Shown here: one piece after another, positions 20,049-29,824 of the stretch
Layout: every line of letters starts with the position of its first letter
How positions within the stretch are numbered: position 1 is the stretch's first letter
DNA from: Vicinamibacteria bacterium
Lineage (GTDB): Bacteria; Acidobacteriota; Vicinamibacteria; Vicinamibacterales; JAENWD01
Assembly: GCA_963697705.1 (NCBI GenBank)
Contig: CAVOPA010000018.1
Span: forward strand, 69,633 to 133,632
Reading direction: 5' to 3'
DNA: 64,000 nucleotides
Notes under the pieces: generated by a model
The model's input: only the letters and a program-made list of their open reading frames with translations
The model's database searches: none
Told to the model about the DNA's origin: nothing
Program-made: the position numbers and the translations under genes

Positions 20049-21164
20049 TCACGTCAGATTCGGTCGCTGCTCGGTGCCCGCCAGCACGCTTTCGTACACG
20101 CCCAGCGTGTCGGCTACCATGCGATCGACCGTGAAGCGCTCGCGGACGCGCGCCAGTCCCGCTGCGCCCATCCGGGCGCGAAGCGCCTCGTCGCAGAGGA
20201 GCGTCGTGATAGCGCTCGCGAGAGACTTTCCATCGCGTGGCTCGACCAGGATCCCGGTGACGCCGTCTTCCACCACCTCTGGAATTCCGCCGGTTCTCGT
20301 GCCAACGACCGGCTTTTCACAGGCCATCGCATCGAGGATCGACGTGCCGAGCCCTTCGGTCTCCGAGCTCATGACGAAGATGTCGAACCCCTTGAGCAGC
20401 GCGAGCACGTCGTCGCGGAAACCCGGTAGCAGCACGTGCTTCTCGAGGTGCAGGCTCTTGACCTGGTGCTCGAGCGCACTGCGCAACTCACCCTCGCCGA
20501 GGATCACGACGCGCGCATCCGGCACGTCGCGCATCACGATCGCCGTAGCGTCGACGAGGTGCCGCTGACCCTTGTGGGCCACCAGCGCACCGATGTTCCC
20601 GATGATCGGCGCGTGCGAGGGCAGCCACAACGCCGCATGCACGCTGGCCGGCTCGACGCGCGCAATGCGATCGGCGTCGATCCCTTCGTGCACCGTCACG
20701 ATCTGCGCGGCCGGGATGCCGTCGGCGCGGAGAATGCGCGCGATGGCGTCGGAGGCAGCGATGAACGCGCGGACCTGCCGGTACTTCCACTTCGAGAACG
20801 AGTTGGTCTTCAGGTGGAAGTCGACGCGGCGCGCCGCCACCAGCGGCGGTACGGGCTCCGCTGTCGCCATCGACAGCGCCAGCGCCGCGGTCGAGACCGC
20901 GTGCGGATCGTGGGCGTGGACGATGTCTGGCCGGAGCCGCTTCAGCAGCCGCGCCAGCTTCCAACTGGTCTTCAGATCGAGCTCGTGACTGGGCGCGAGC
21001 GGGATGAAGTCCAGTCCCTCGGCCGCGCGCCGGCGAAGCTCCCCGTCCGGGTGTGCGACGAGCAGCGTCCGGTGTCCTGCCGCGCGCAGGCCCATGACCG
21101 TGAGCAGGACCTGGTTCTGCCCGCCGCGCCAGGTGGTCGCCGTATCGATGTGAACCGAGAACAT
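20049..21164 (-). CDS. Glycosyltransferase family 4 (group 1)
   Basis: MFSVHIDTATTWRGGQNQV.. N-terminus and C-terminal ..SSETEGLGTSILDAMACEKPVVGTRTGGIPEVV. I use ATG 21162-21164; the upstream part of the track ORF is Arg/Pro junk. Confidence 0.85.
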   Translation of the reverse strand: MFSVHIDTATTWRGGQNQVLLTVMGLRAAGHRTLLVAHPDGELRRRAAEGLDFIPLAPSHELDLKTSWKLARLLKRLRPDIVHAHDPHAVSTAALALSMATAEPVPPLVAARRVDFHLKTNSFSKWKYRQVRAFIAASDAIARILRADGIPAAQIVTVHEGIDADRIARVEPASVHAALWLPSHAPIIGNIGALVAHKGQRHLVDATAIVMRDVPDARVVILGEGELRSALEHQVKSLHLEKHVLLPGFRDDVLALLKGFDIFVMSSETEGLGTSILDAMACEKPVVGTRTGGIPEVVEDGVTGILVEPRDGKSLASAITTLLCDEALRARMGAAGLARVRERFTVDRMVADTLGVYESVLAGTEQRPNLT

Positions 21165-21169
21165 GCGGT

Positions 21170-21937
21170 TCAGGCAGTGCGGCCGGCACGGGCTCGGCGC
21201 TCGAGCTCGAGCAGCTTCACGTACTTCAGCAGCACGTACGAGGAATTCAGCAGCGACACCGCGAGGCCGGCGCGGCCTTGCAGCAGCCCCCGGCGCACGA
21301 TGTAGTTGCGCAGGAACGCCGCCGGCGGATGGAGCAGCAGGTCGAGTGCTCCCGCCCGGCGTCCGCGCTCCCGGAGGTCGAGCGCGGCCAACGTCGTATA
21401 TCGGTCGATGCGCTGAAGGTGATCGCTCACGTCCGCGTACGGATAGTGCTCGATATCGCCGGCGAGCCGCACGGGCGTGCCCGCGACGCGCACCGATTCG
21501 TGCACCCGCGCCGGCTGCCACCCGCCCGCGCGACGGTCGTACAACCGGAGCTGGTAATCCGGATACCAGTCGGTCGTCCGGATCCACTCACCGAGATACC
21601 ACGACGTTCTCGCCACGCGGTACCCGGGCGCGGCCGGCTGGCCCGCCCGCCACGCGTCGAGCGACGCGGCCAACGCGGGGCCGACACGCTCGTCCGCATC
21701 CAGCGAGAGAATCCACTCATGGCGCGCCAGCGAGGCGGCGTAGTTCTTCTGCGCCGCATAGCCGGGCCACTCGCGGACCTCGACGCGCGTGGCGAGTTGC
21801 CGGGCGATTTCCAGCGTGCCGTCGGTGCTGCCCGAGTCGACGACGACGATCTCGTCGGCCCAGGCGACCGAGGCGATGGCCGCGGCCACGTGTGCGGCCT
21901 CGTTGAACGTGATGATCGTGACCGAGAGCGCCGGCAC
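21170..21937 (-). CDS. Glycosyltransferase family 2
   Basis: LSVTIITFNE..IVVVDSGSTDGT..LSLDADE motifs. The start is uncertain (GTG 21935-21937 chosen; ATG 22063 would overlap tolC). Confidence 0.8.
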   Translation of the reverse strand: MPALSVTIITFNEAAHVAAAIASVAWADEIVVVDSGSTDGTLEIARQLATRVEVREWPGYAAQKNYAASLARHEWILSLDADERVGPALAASLDAWRAGQPAAPGYRVARTSWYLGEWIRTTDWYPDYQLRLYDRRAGGWQPARVHESVRVAGTPVRLAGDIEHYPYADVSDHLQRIDRYTTLAALDLRERGRRAGALDLLLHPPAAFLRNYIVRRGLLQGRAGLAVSLLNSSYVLLKYVKLLELERRARAGRTA

Positions 21938-22025
21938 GCGGGGAGTGTAGGGCGAACGGCGCGAAAAACAAAGGGGACGGCCGCCGGTCGGACCGTCCCC
22001 TTCTGATTCCGGTCGATGCGCGGCG

Positions 22026-23774
22026 TCAGGGCACCGGGTTGGTGCCGCCGCCGCCGGCGGCATTCGACGATGCCCCAGCGGCGCTCACGTTGGTGGACTG
22101 GCCGAGAGTATTGGCGGTCGCAGCCGCCGACGTGAACGGGCTGCCTCCGCCGAGCGGCGCCACCTGCACGGTCTCGTAATCCACCTGCGACGTGGTGTAA
22201 TCGAGCACCGCGCGCAGCTCGGTGTTGCGGGCCAGCGCGAGATCGCGCTGGGCCTGGAACACGAGGAAGCTCGTCGACATGCCGGCGGCGAACTTCTTCT
22301 CCTCGGCCTCGAGGCGTCGCTCGGCGAGGACGCGCGACGCGCGCGTGGCGTCCACGCGCTTGCTGTTCGCCACCAGCTGGCGGCCGGCATCGCGGACCTC
22401 GGTGGCCACCTGCAGCTCCAGGTTGCGCAGGTTCGTGCGCGACTGTCGCGTCTCGAGCCGCGTGCGCGCAAGCGAGGCGTCTGCCGTGCTCTGTCCGAGC
22501 GGATAGCTCACGTTGGCCGAGAAGCGCCAGGTCGGGAACGCGCTGGTGAACACGTCGCTGAGCAGATCGCTATAGGGCTTCTGAATCTCGCCGATGACAG
22601 GCGGCGGGAACGCGCCCTCACCGCGCACCAGCTGCGTGCCCGCGAGCCCGGTGGCGTTGTAGTCGAGCCGCACGTCGACAGCCGGCAGCGTCTGGTCCTT
22701 GTAGAACCGCTCGGTGTACGACGTACGCTCGATCGACTTCTTCGACGCCGCGAGGTCCGTGCGCTCGGCGAGGGCCCGCCGGATGGCGGCATCCAAATCG
22801 ACCGCCTGCACCTGGAACGGCACGGGGTCGGTGAGCTCGAGGCGCATGCTCCAGAAGTCGGGCGTGTTCGGGTCGAAGATGAGCGCGCGCAGGCGGTCTT
22901 CGGTTTGCCCAATCGAGGCTTCGGCCAGAATGACCGCCTCTTCGCGCTGCGCGACCTCGGCCTCGGCCTGGATGACGTCGATCGGCGCGAGCGTGCCGAT
23001 TTCGACCCGCGTGCGCGTGTTTCGAAGCGACTCCTGCGCGAGGTCGAGCGACTGCCGGGCGACGTCGAGCGACGCGAGGGCGTACTTGTAGTCCCAGTAT
23101 GCGGTCTTCACGCTTCGGACCGTCAGCGCGATCGTCTGCTGTAGGTCCACGTCGGCGATCTCACGGTTCTTCTTCGATACCATCAGCTGGTAGCGCGCGT
23201 TGTCGATGTGGAAGCCGCGGAGCAGTGGCTGCACGACCGCCAGGTCGAGGTTCGCCCCGACCTGTGGGTTGAAGCTCGCGAACAGGTTGTTGGTGGTGAA
23301 GCGGTTCGAGTCGTAGCCGACCGAATAGCTCGTGCCCCACGGCAGGACCTGGCCGATGGCGAAGTTTGCGCCGGTGCTGGTCGAGGAAATCTTGTCGCTC
23401 GCGCCCGAGAGGAAGCTGCTGGGCGGGGCGTCCTGCGACTGCGCACTCATGCCGGCCGCCAGGGTAGGACGCCAGGCCGTGCGTGCCTGTGCGATGGCGA
23501 GGTCCTGCAGCTCGGGGTTGATGCGCTCCACCTGCACGCCAAGGTTCTGCTCGAGGGCCAGGGTGACGGCCTCGTCGACTGACAGCGGGCGAACGGGGCC
23601 GGTAGGCGCCGGGGGGGCTGTGGGCTGCGCCGCGGTGACCGAGGGCGGTGTCTGAGGCTGTGCCGGCGCCGCCGGCTCTTGAGTCGATTGCCCCGAGGCG
23701 GACGCCGAGGCCAACAGCAGCACCGAGCACGCCGCGACGACGGCGCGCGCGCCCGGAAGGAACTGAACACGCAT
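22026..23774 (-). CDS. TolC-family outer-membrane efflux protein
   Basis: Signal peptide MRVQFLPGARAVVAACSVLLLASASASGQ, a Pro/Ala-rich linker, and two tandem OEP repeats (..LTLDEAV-like LSVDEAVTLALEQNL..). An alternative start is at 23789. Confidence 0.85.
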   Translation of the reverse strand: MRVQFLPGARAVVAACSVLLLASASASGQSTQEPAAPAQPQTPPSVTAAQPTAPPAPTGPVRPLSVDEAVTLALEQNLGVQVERINPELQDLAIAQARTAWRPTLAAGMSAQSQDAPPSSFLSGASDKISSTSTGANFAIGQVLPWGTSYSVGYDSNRFTTNNLFASFNPQVGANLDLAVVQPLLRGFHIDNARYQLMVSKKNREIADVDLQQTIALTVRSVKTAYWDYKYALASLDVARQSLDLAQESLRNTRTRVEIGTLAPIDVIQAEAEVAQREEAVILAEASIGQTEDRLRALIFDPNTPDFWSMRLELTDPVPFQVQAVDLDAAIRRALAERTDLAASKKSIERTSYTERFYKDQTLPAVDVRLDYNATGLAGTQLVRGEGAFPPPVIGEIQKPYSDLLSDVFTSAFPTWRFSANVSYPLGQSTADASLARTRLETRQSRTNLRNLELQVATEVRDAGRQLVANSKRVDATRASRVLAERRLEAEEKKFAAGMSTSFLVFQAQRDLALARNTELRAVLDYTTSQVDYETVQVAPLGGGSPFTSAAATANTLGQSTNVSAAGASSNAAGGGGTNPVP

Positions 23775-23959
23775 GAGTACCTGCTCCATCAAGTGAACCG
23801 GACGGCAACGCGAAGGCGCGGCCCGCTGTCCCTCGGAGAAACCATGTGGAGTAGACGAAGGGCGGTGAACGCGAGTTTCCAGAAGACCTCGGAATTGTAT
23901 ACTACGGGCGTTCGAGGACGGCGGCACGGATGGGCGCCGAACCCCGATGCCGCGCACTC

Positions 23960-24541
23960 ATGGCTGACCCCGATCGCGAATCCCTCCTCGACCTCTTTCG
24001 GCGGTCGGGCGCCTTGCTCGAGGGACATTTTCGCCTCTCTTCGGGACTTCACAGCAATGGCTATCTGCAGTGCGCGCTGGTGCTGCAGGATCCGCAGACC
24101 GCCGGGCTGCTTGGGGCCGCGCTGGCCGAACGCGTCCGGCCGCACGGCCCGGACGTGGTGCTCTCACCGGCGCTCGGGGGCGTGATCGTCGGCCACGAAA
24201 CCGCCCGGGCGCTTGGCGTCCGAGCGCTGTTCGCCGAGCGGCACGAGGGCCGCTTGCTGCTGCGGCGCGGTTTCCACCTCGCTCCCGGCGAGCGCGTGCT
24301 CGTCGTCGAGGATGTCGTGACGACGGGGCTGTCGACGCGCGAAACGATGGAGGTCGCCAGAGCGGCGGGCGCGCGGGTCGTGGGCGCGGCGTCGCTCGTA
24401 GACCGCAGCGGGGGCCATGCCAGCCTCGACGTGCCGTTTGCCGCGTTGCTGTCGGTGGATTTGCCGACGTGGGATCCGGCCGCGTGTCCGCTCTGCGCCG
24501 AAGGCCTGGCGGTCGTGAAGCCGGGCTCCCGGACCGCCTGA
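23960..24541 (+). CDS. pyrE: Orotate phosphoribosyltransferase
   Basis: GHFRLSSGLHSNGY, RVLVVEDVVTTGLS. 193 aa. TATACT -10-like box about 60 nt upstream. Confidence 0.9.
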   Translation: MADPDRESLLDLFRRSGALLEGHFRLSSGLHSNGYLQCALVLQDPQTAGLLGAALAERVRPHGPDVVLSPALGGVIVGHETARALGVRALFAERHEGRLLLRRGFHLAPGERVLVVEDVVTTGLSTRETMEVARAAGARVVGAASLVDRSGGHASLDVPFAALLSVDLPTWDPAACPLCAEGLAVVKPGSRTA

Positions 24542-24612
24542 CGAGCCGAGACACGCCTGCGCGGCGTTCCGCCAGGCGCCAAGCCGAACTCACGCCGACA
24601 GCCAGACCCCTC

Positions 24613-25434
24613 GTGCGAACGATCAAGCTGCTTGTCGCCTATGACGGCACCGATTTCGTCGGCTGGCAGCGGCAGGCGCGGGGGCCGTCGGTGCAGGGGC
24701 TGCTGGAAGAGGGCCTGTCGCGGATCGAAGGCGGCCCGGTAGCCGTGGCCGGCGCCGGCCGGACGGACTCCGGCGCGCATGCCGCCGGGCAGGTGGCGAG
24801 CGCGCAGGTCACGCTGACGCTCGACGGGGACACGCTGCGGCGGGCCCTGAACGCGATCTTGCCCGGCGCCATCCGGATTCTGGACATCGAGGACCGCGAC
24901 GCCGACTTCCACGCCAGGTTCAGCGCCTTCAGCAAAACCTACGAGTACCGCATCGTCAATGGCCCGCTGGCGAGCCCGTTCTGGCGACGTTATGCCTGGC
25001 ACGTCCCGCTCAGACTCGATCACGAGCGCATGGGCGGCGCGGCGCGGCTTCTGGAGGGGACTCACGACTTTGCCGCATTCCGATCCGCTGGTACTGATGT
25101 CGAGACGACGGTGCGCCGTTTGATGGCGTCTTCAGTCGAGTGTCGCCCGCTCGACCGGGAGCTCCCGTCGGTCAGCGGAGTGCCCGAGATGGCGATGCCC
25201 GGCGCCACACTCATCATTTACCGCGTGACCGGGACCGGGTTCCTCCGGCATATGGTGCGCGCGATCGTAGGGACGCTGATCGAGATTGGCGCCGGCCGCG
25301 CGGCGGTGGAGCACATGGCGCTGCTGCTGGAACAGGGCCGTCGAGAGGCTGCCGGCCCGACGGCACCCGCAGCCGGACTGTGCCTGATGAACGTCGACTA
25401 CGAGGGCGGTCGCAGGCTCGACGCTCCGGCCTGA
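24613..25434 (+). CDS. truA: tRNA pseudouridine(38-40) synthase
   Basis: IKLLVAYDGTDFVGWQRQ, AGAGRTDSGAHAAGQV catalytic Asp motif, FLRHMVR. GTG 24613. The upstream part of the track ORF is junk. Confidence 0.9.
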   Translation: MRTIKLLVAYDGTDFVGWQRQARGPSVQGLLEEGLSRIEGGPVAVAGAGRTDSGAHAAGQVASAQVTLTLDGDTLRRALNAILPGAIRILDIEDRDADFHARFSAFSKTYEYRIVNGPLASPFWRRYAWHVPLRLDHERMGGAARLLEGTHDFAAFRSAGTDVETTVRRLMASSVECRPLDRELPSVSGVPEMAMPGATLIIYRVTGTGFLRHMVRAIVGTLIEIGAGRAAVEHMALLLEQGRREAAGPTAPAAGLCLMNVDYEGGRRLDAPA

Positions 25435-25541
25435 GGAGCCGGTCCGGCGCCGTGAGCGCGGACCAGGCGTGCTGGGGGGCCGGTTGCGACTCATCGTTAA
25501 CACCTTGTACAATCACGGTTTGCTTCTGAGAGCGGGGTCTG

Positions 25542-26331
25542 ATGTCGCTTGACCAGCTGCTGTCGTGGCTGCCGCAGGATTCGCCTGACGTGGCGCTGGC
25601 GCGGCAGATCAACCCGGAGCAGTTGCCGGCGCATGTTGCCAGTCATCATGGACGGCAATGGCCGCTGGGCGGCCGAGCGCCGCCTGCCCCGGGTCGAGGG
25701 TCACCGGGCCGGGATCACCGGCGTCCGCGAGATCGTTGAGGCATCGGCCCGTCTCGGCCTGGAGGCGCTGACGCTGTACGTGTTCTCAGTCGAGAACTGG
25801 AAGCGGCCTCGGGCCGAGGTCGCGACGCTGATGATGCTGCTCAAGCGGTATCTGCGGCAGGAACTCGGCACCCTGATTGGTAACAACCTGCGGTTTCTTG
25901 TGATCGGCCGGCTGGAAGACCTGGAGCCTGAGCTTCAGACCGAGCTTGGTGTGGCAATGCAGCGGGCAGCCGATAACACGGGCATGCGCCTCAACGTCGC
26001 GCTGAACTACAGCGGACGCGCGGAAATCGTCGATGCGGCACGCCGTGCGCTCCGCGAGGGAATCGCGGCCGACGCCCTCGACGAGGAGCGGTTCGGGCGG
26101 CTTCTTTACACGTCCGGTCAGCCCGATCCCGATCTGCTGATTCGCACCAGCGGCGAGATGCGCGTCAGTAATTTTCTCCTCTGGCAGATCGCCTACGCTG
26201 AAATCTACGTCACCGACACGTACTGGCCCGACTTCCGCACGCGGCACCTGCTCGAGGCCATCCTGGCCTACCAGAAACGCGAGCGTCGTTACGGCGGCAT
26301 CAAGCCTTCGCCCGTGGCGATCGGACAGTGA
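25542..26331 (+). CDS. uppS: Isoprenyl transferase / undecaprenyl-diphosphate synthase; 1-nt frame disruption at about 25641
   Basis: Frame A (ATG 25542) reads MSLDQLLSWLPQDSPDVALARQINPEQLPAHVA. One extra base later, frame B continues VIMDGNGRWAAERRLPRVEGHRAG..IRTSGEMRVSNFLLWQIAYAEIY. An in-frame ATG at 25633 (MLPVIMDGNGRW) could rescue a shorter product. Confidence 0.85.
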
Positions 26332-27122
26332 CGCGGTTTCTGAGCGGCGCGGTGTTGTTGTCGCTGTTTGGCGGCGCCGCGTGGTGGGCGCCCCCGCCGC
26401 TGCTCGTCGTGCTCGCCGCGGTCGTTGCAGTGCTGGCGATCGTGGAGTACTGCTCGCTGGCGGCGCACCTTGGGGCACCGGTCCCTGTCGTGCCAGCTGC
26501 CGTCGCCGTCACAGCCGTCTGCACCGCGGTCGCCTGGCCGAACGCCGCACTGGCGCCGGTGGTCATGGCTGTCGTGGTCGCCGCCGGTGCCGTCGCGGTC
26601 GGCCGTGGACGCACGGACTCCGACACGCTGGCTCGGGTGGCGGCCGGCGTGCTCGGGCCGCTTTATATCGGGTTGCCGCTTGGCGCGTTGATCGCCGTGC
26701 GGTGGGAGTACGGGCGCGAGGCGGCGTTGCTGCTCATCGTGATTGTGGTGGCCAGCGACAGCGCGCAGTACTACGCGGGACGCGCGTTTGGCCGGCGCCC
26801 GCTCGCGCCGTCGCTCAGCCCGAAGAAGACCGTGGAAGGCGCTATGGGCGGCCTGATCGCCGGAGCGTTGGCGCTCGCGCTGATCGGTCACTGGTGGTGG
26901 CCGGCTGCACCGGTCGCCCTGCGTGCGGCACTTGGCGCGGTCCTCGTCGTTCTGGGAATAACCGGCGACCTCTTCGAGTCGATGCTGAAACGCGCGGCGG
27001 GGGTCAAGGACAGCGCGGCGCTCATCCCCGGGCACGGCGGCGTGCTCGACCGCATCGACGCCCTGCTCTTCGCCGCCCCGGTGTACTACACGGTGGTGCG
27101 ATACCTGGCGCGGACCGCATGA
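26328..27122 (+). CDS. cdsA: Phosphatidate cytidylyltransferase
   Basis: SMLKRAAGVKDSAALIPGHGGVLDRIDALLF signature. Polytopic. GTG overlaps the uppS TGA. Confidence 0.88.
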   Translation: MTRFLSGAVLLSLFGGAAWWAPPPLLVVLAAVVAVLAIVEYCSLAAHLGAPVPVVPAAVAVTAVCTAVAWPNAALAPVVMAVVVAAGAVAVGRGRTDSDTLARVAAGVLGPLYIGLPLGALIAVRWEYGREAALLLIVIVVASDSAQYYAGRAFGRRPLAPSLSPKKTVEGAMGGLIAGALALALIGHWWWPAAPVALRAALGAVLVVLGITGDLFESMLKRAAGVKDSAALIPGHGGVLDRIDALLFAAPVYYTVVRYLARTA

Positions 27123-28300
27123 AGCAGGTTGCCATCCTCGGGTCCACCGGATCGATCGGCACGAGCGCCCTGGCCGTGGTGGATGCGCATCCCGACCGTC
27201 TCCGGGTCGTCGGCCTGGCCGCCGGTGCCAATGCCGCGGCCCTGGCGGAGCAGATCGCGCGCTACCGCCCGAAGGTGGTTGCGCTGGCCGATGGCGGTGC
27301 CGCTGCGCTCGCCGCGACGGGCGTCTCGCTCGATGGCACACAGCTGCACACGGGTGCCGAGGGACTAGTGGCGGTCGCGACGCAGACCGATGCAGACATC
27401 GTGCTGTGCGCCTCGTCTGGCACTGCCGCGCTCGAGGCCGTGTTGGCCGCGATCGACGCGCGAAAGACGATCGCGCTCGCAAACAAGGAAGTGCTCGTCA
27501 TGGCTGGCGAGGTCGTGACCGAGGCCGCCCGCCGTCGCGATGTGGCCGTGCTGCCGGTCGACAGCGAGCACAACGCGATTCACCAATGCCTGCACGGCCG
27601 CTCCCCGGCAGACGTGACCCGGCTCGTGCTGACGGCATCGGGCGGCCCGTTCCGATCGTGGCCGGCGGCCAAACTGCAGCGCGCGACTGCGAGCGACGCC
27701 CTGCAGCACCCGACGTGGCAGATGGGACGCAAGATCACGATCGACTCGGCGACGCTGATGAACAAGGGGCTGGAGGTCATCGAGGCGCACTGGCTGTTCG
27801 GCGTCACGCGCGACCAGATCGACGTCGTCGTTCACCCGCAGTCGGTGGTGCACTCGCTCGTGGAACTGCGCGACGGCTCGATGATCGCGCAGCTCGGCGT
27901 GACCGACATGCGGCTGCCGATTCAATATGCCTTCTCCTATCCCGATCGGTGGGGCGGCGCTTGCGCTCGCCTGGATCTCGCGTCGTGCGGACCGCTCGAA
28001 TTTCACGAGCCGGATACCGACCGGTTCCCGTGCCTGGCTCTTGCATATCAGGCGCTCGAGGCTGGAGGCACGATGCCCGTTGTACTGAATGCCGCCAATG
28101 AGGTGGCAGTCGAGGCGTTTCTACAGGGGCGCCTCGGGTTCACTGCGATTGCCGACGTCATAGCGGCGGCCATGGCCGCCCACACGGTTGCGCCTGCCAC
28201 GACGCTCGCGACGGTGCGCGCGAGCGATCAATGGGCGCGCGAGTACTCCCGTGCGCTGCTGGACATGCGCGCGGCTGACACACTGAGGATTTCATCGTGA
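27119..28300 (+). CDS. dxr: 1-deoxy-D-xylulose-5-phosphate reductoisomerase
   Basis: MKQVAILGSTGSIGTSAL, LANKE, LPVDSEHNAI, SGGPFR, NKGLEVIEA motifs. ATGA overlap with cdsA. Confidence 0.93.
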   Translation: MKQVAILGSTGSIGTSALAVVDAHPDRLRVVGLAAGANAAALAEQIARYRPKVVALADGGAAALAATGVSLDGTQLHTGAEGLVAVATQTDADIVLCASSGTAALEAVLAAIDARKTIALANKEVLVMAGEVVTEAARRRDVAVLPVDSEHNAIHQCLHGRSPADVTRLVLTASGGPFRSWPAAKLQRATASDALQHPTWQMGRKITIDSATLMNKGLEVIEAHWLFGVTRDQIDVVVHPQSVVHSLVELRDGSMIAQLGVTDMRLPIQYAFSYPDRWGGACARLDLASCGPLEFHEPDTDRFPCLALAYQALEAGGTMPVVLNAANEVAVEAFLQGRLGFTAIADVIAAAMAAHTVAPATTLATVRASDQWAREYSRALLDMRAADTLRISS

Positions 28301-29613
28301 CAACGCTGCTCGCGTTCGCATTCGTCATCGGCGTGCTCGTCTTCGTGCACGAGCTGGGCCATTTCATGGCGGCCCGCCGCATCGGGGTCCGCGTGCTGAA
28401 ATTCTCGCTGGGCTTCGGACCGCGGATCGTCGGCTTCACGCGCGGCGATACCGAGTACTGCATCAGTGCCATTCCACTCGGCGGCTACGTCAAGATGGCC
28501 GGCGAGAACGCGGAAGACCCGCGATCGGGCCAGCCCGACGAGTTCCTGTCGAAGACGAAGTGGCAGCGGTTCCAGGTGCTGATCATGGGACCGGTGATGA
28601 ACATCGCACTGGCCGTCGTGCTGCTCGCCGTCGTGCTGGCGCAAGGCGCCGATGTGCCGGCCTACCTCGATCAGTTGCCGATCGTCGGCGGCGTCGAGAA
28701 GAACTCGCCGGCCGAGCGCGCAGGATTCAAGCCTGGCGATCGCGTGCTCACGGTCGGCGGACGCGAGGTCGAGACCTGGGAAGACTTCGAGGTGGCGATT
28801 GGCAGCCGCGCCAAGCAATCGGTGCCGGTGACCGTCGTCCGGAACAATGCCGAGCAGGCACTCGCCGTGACACCGGATGCGCAAGGGAAGTACGAAGTCG
28901 GCCGCATCGGAGTGTTCCCGCAGATCCACCCGCGCGTGCAATCCATCCGCAAGGGAGATCCCGCTGACCTGGCTGGTCTGAAGACGGGCGACGTGGTGGT
29001 CTCGGTCAACGGCGAGAGCGTGCAGCTGGCGCGGCATCTCTCGGACGCGATTGGCAGGAATCCCGACAAGCCGATCACGTTGTCCGTCCTGCGCGGCGGG
29101 CAACCGCTCGACATCCGCGTGACGCCGCGCCGCGAAGGGGATGTCGGCCGCATCGGCATCAGCATTTCAAACGAGCTCAAACGTATTCAGCCGGGACCGA
29201 TCGGTGCCGTGTGGCTGAGCGTGCAGCGCAACTGGGACTTCGCGCGGCTGATCCTGCGGACGCTCGGCGGCCTCGTGAGCGGCGAGACCTCACCTAAGCA
29301 GCTCATGGGTCCTGTCGGCATCGCGCAGCTGTCGGGCGAGTCGGCTCAGGAAGGCTGGATTTCGCTGTTTGCGCTGATGGCGTCGATCAGTCTCAACCTC
29401 GGTCTTCTCAACCTGTTGCCCGTCCCGGTGCTCGACGGCGGTCACATCTTCATCATGGCGCTCGAAGGCGCGGCCCGTCGCGATTTCAGCATCCGCGTCA
29501 AGGAACGCATGCTGTTTGCCGGGTTCGTCCTCTTGATGCTGCTGATGGTGACAGTCATCTACAACGATCTGACGCGTATCAGGTGGGTTGAGAATCTGAT
29601 GTTCTGGCGGTAG
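28297..29613 (+). CDS. rseP: RIP site-2 metalloprotease RseP
   Basis: VHELGHFMAA (HExxH), two PDZ-like segments, C-terminal NLLPVPVLDGGH. GTGA overlap with dxr. Confidence 0.9.
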   Translation: MTTLLAFAFVIGVLVFVHELGHFMAARRIGVRVLKFSLGFGPRIVGFTRGDTEYCISAIPLGGYVKMAGENAEDPRSGQPDEFLSKTKWQRFQVLIMGPVMNIALAVVLLAVVLAQGADVPAYLDQLPIVGGVEKNSPAERAGFKPGDRVLTVGGREVETWEDFEVAIGSRAKQSVPVTVVRNNAEQALAVTPDAQGKYEVGRIGVFPQIHPRVQSIRKGDPADLAGLKTGDVVVSVNGESVQLARHLSDAIGRNPDKPITLSVLRGGQPLDIRVTPRREGDVGRIGISISNELKRIQPGPIGAVWLSVQRNWDFARLILRTLGGLVSGETSPKQLMGPVGIAQLSGESAQEGWISLFALMASISLNLGLLNLLPVPVLDGGHIFIMALEGAARRDFSIRVKERMLFAGFVLLMLLMVTVIYNDLTRIRWVENLMFWR

Positions 29614-29700
29614 GAAGGGCTAGAGGCTGGGGGACTGGCGGGCTCGAGGCCCGCCCAAGCCCCGGCCCGGCCCCTTAGCCCTAGGCCCCTAGCCCACAGG
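29614..29700. repeat. GGGCTAG/TAGCCC-type heptad tract around a GC hairpin (GGCGGGC-tcgag-GCCCGCC, 29637-29655); probable rseP terminator region
   Basis: Starts right after the rseP stop. The G-rich arm (GAAGGGC TAGAGGC TGGGGGA) mirrors the C-rich arm (CCTTAGC CCTAGGC CCCTAGC CC). Confidence 0.55.
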
Positions 29701-29824
29701 CCTTTCGGCCGGCTCCCCTCTTGCATTCCTGTCCAGCGCTGGTCCGCTGACCGGCCAAAACAGGCCCTTGTCTCGTCGAATCGGCAGGGCCACACGTCGA
29801 ACGCGTTCGACAGGAGGACACTCG

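Noticed and set aside
19938-20429. ORFs encoding QRSTVNG repeats (also 42137-42643 and part of 19387-20568)
   Set aside because: They are translations of the 7-nt DNA arrays. The periodicity is at the nucleotide level, and the flanks lack coding features.
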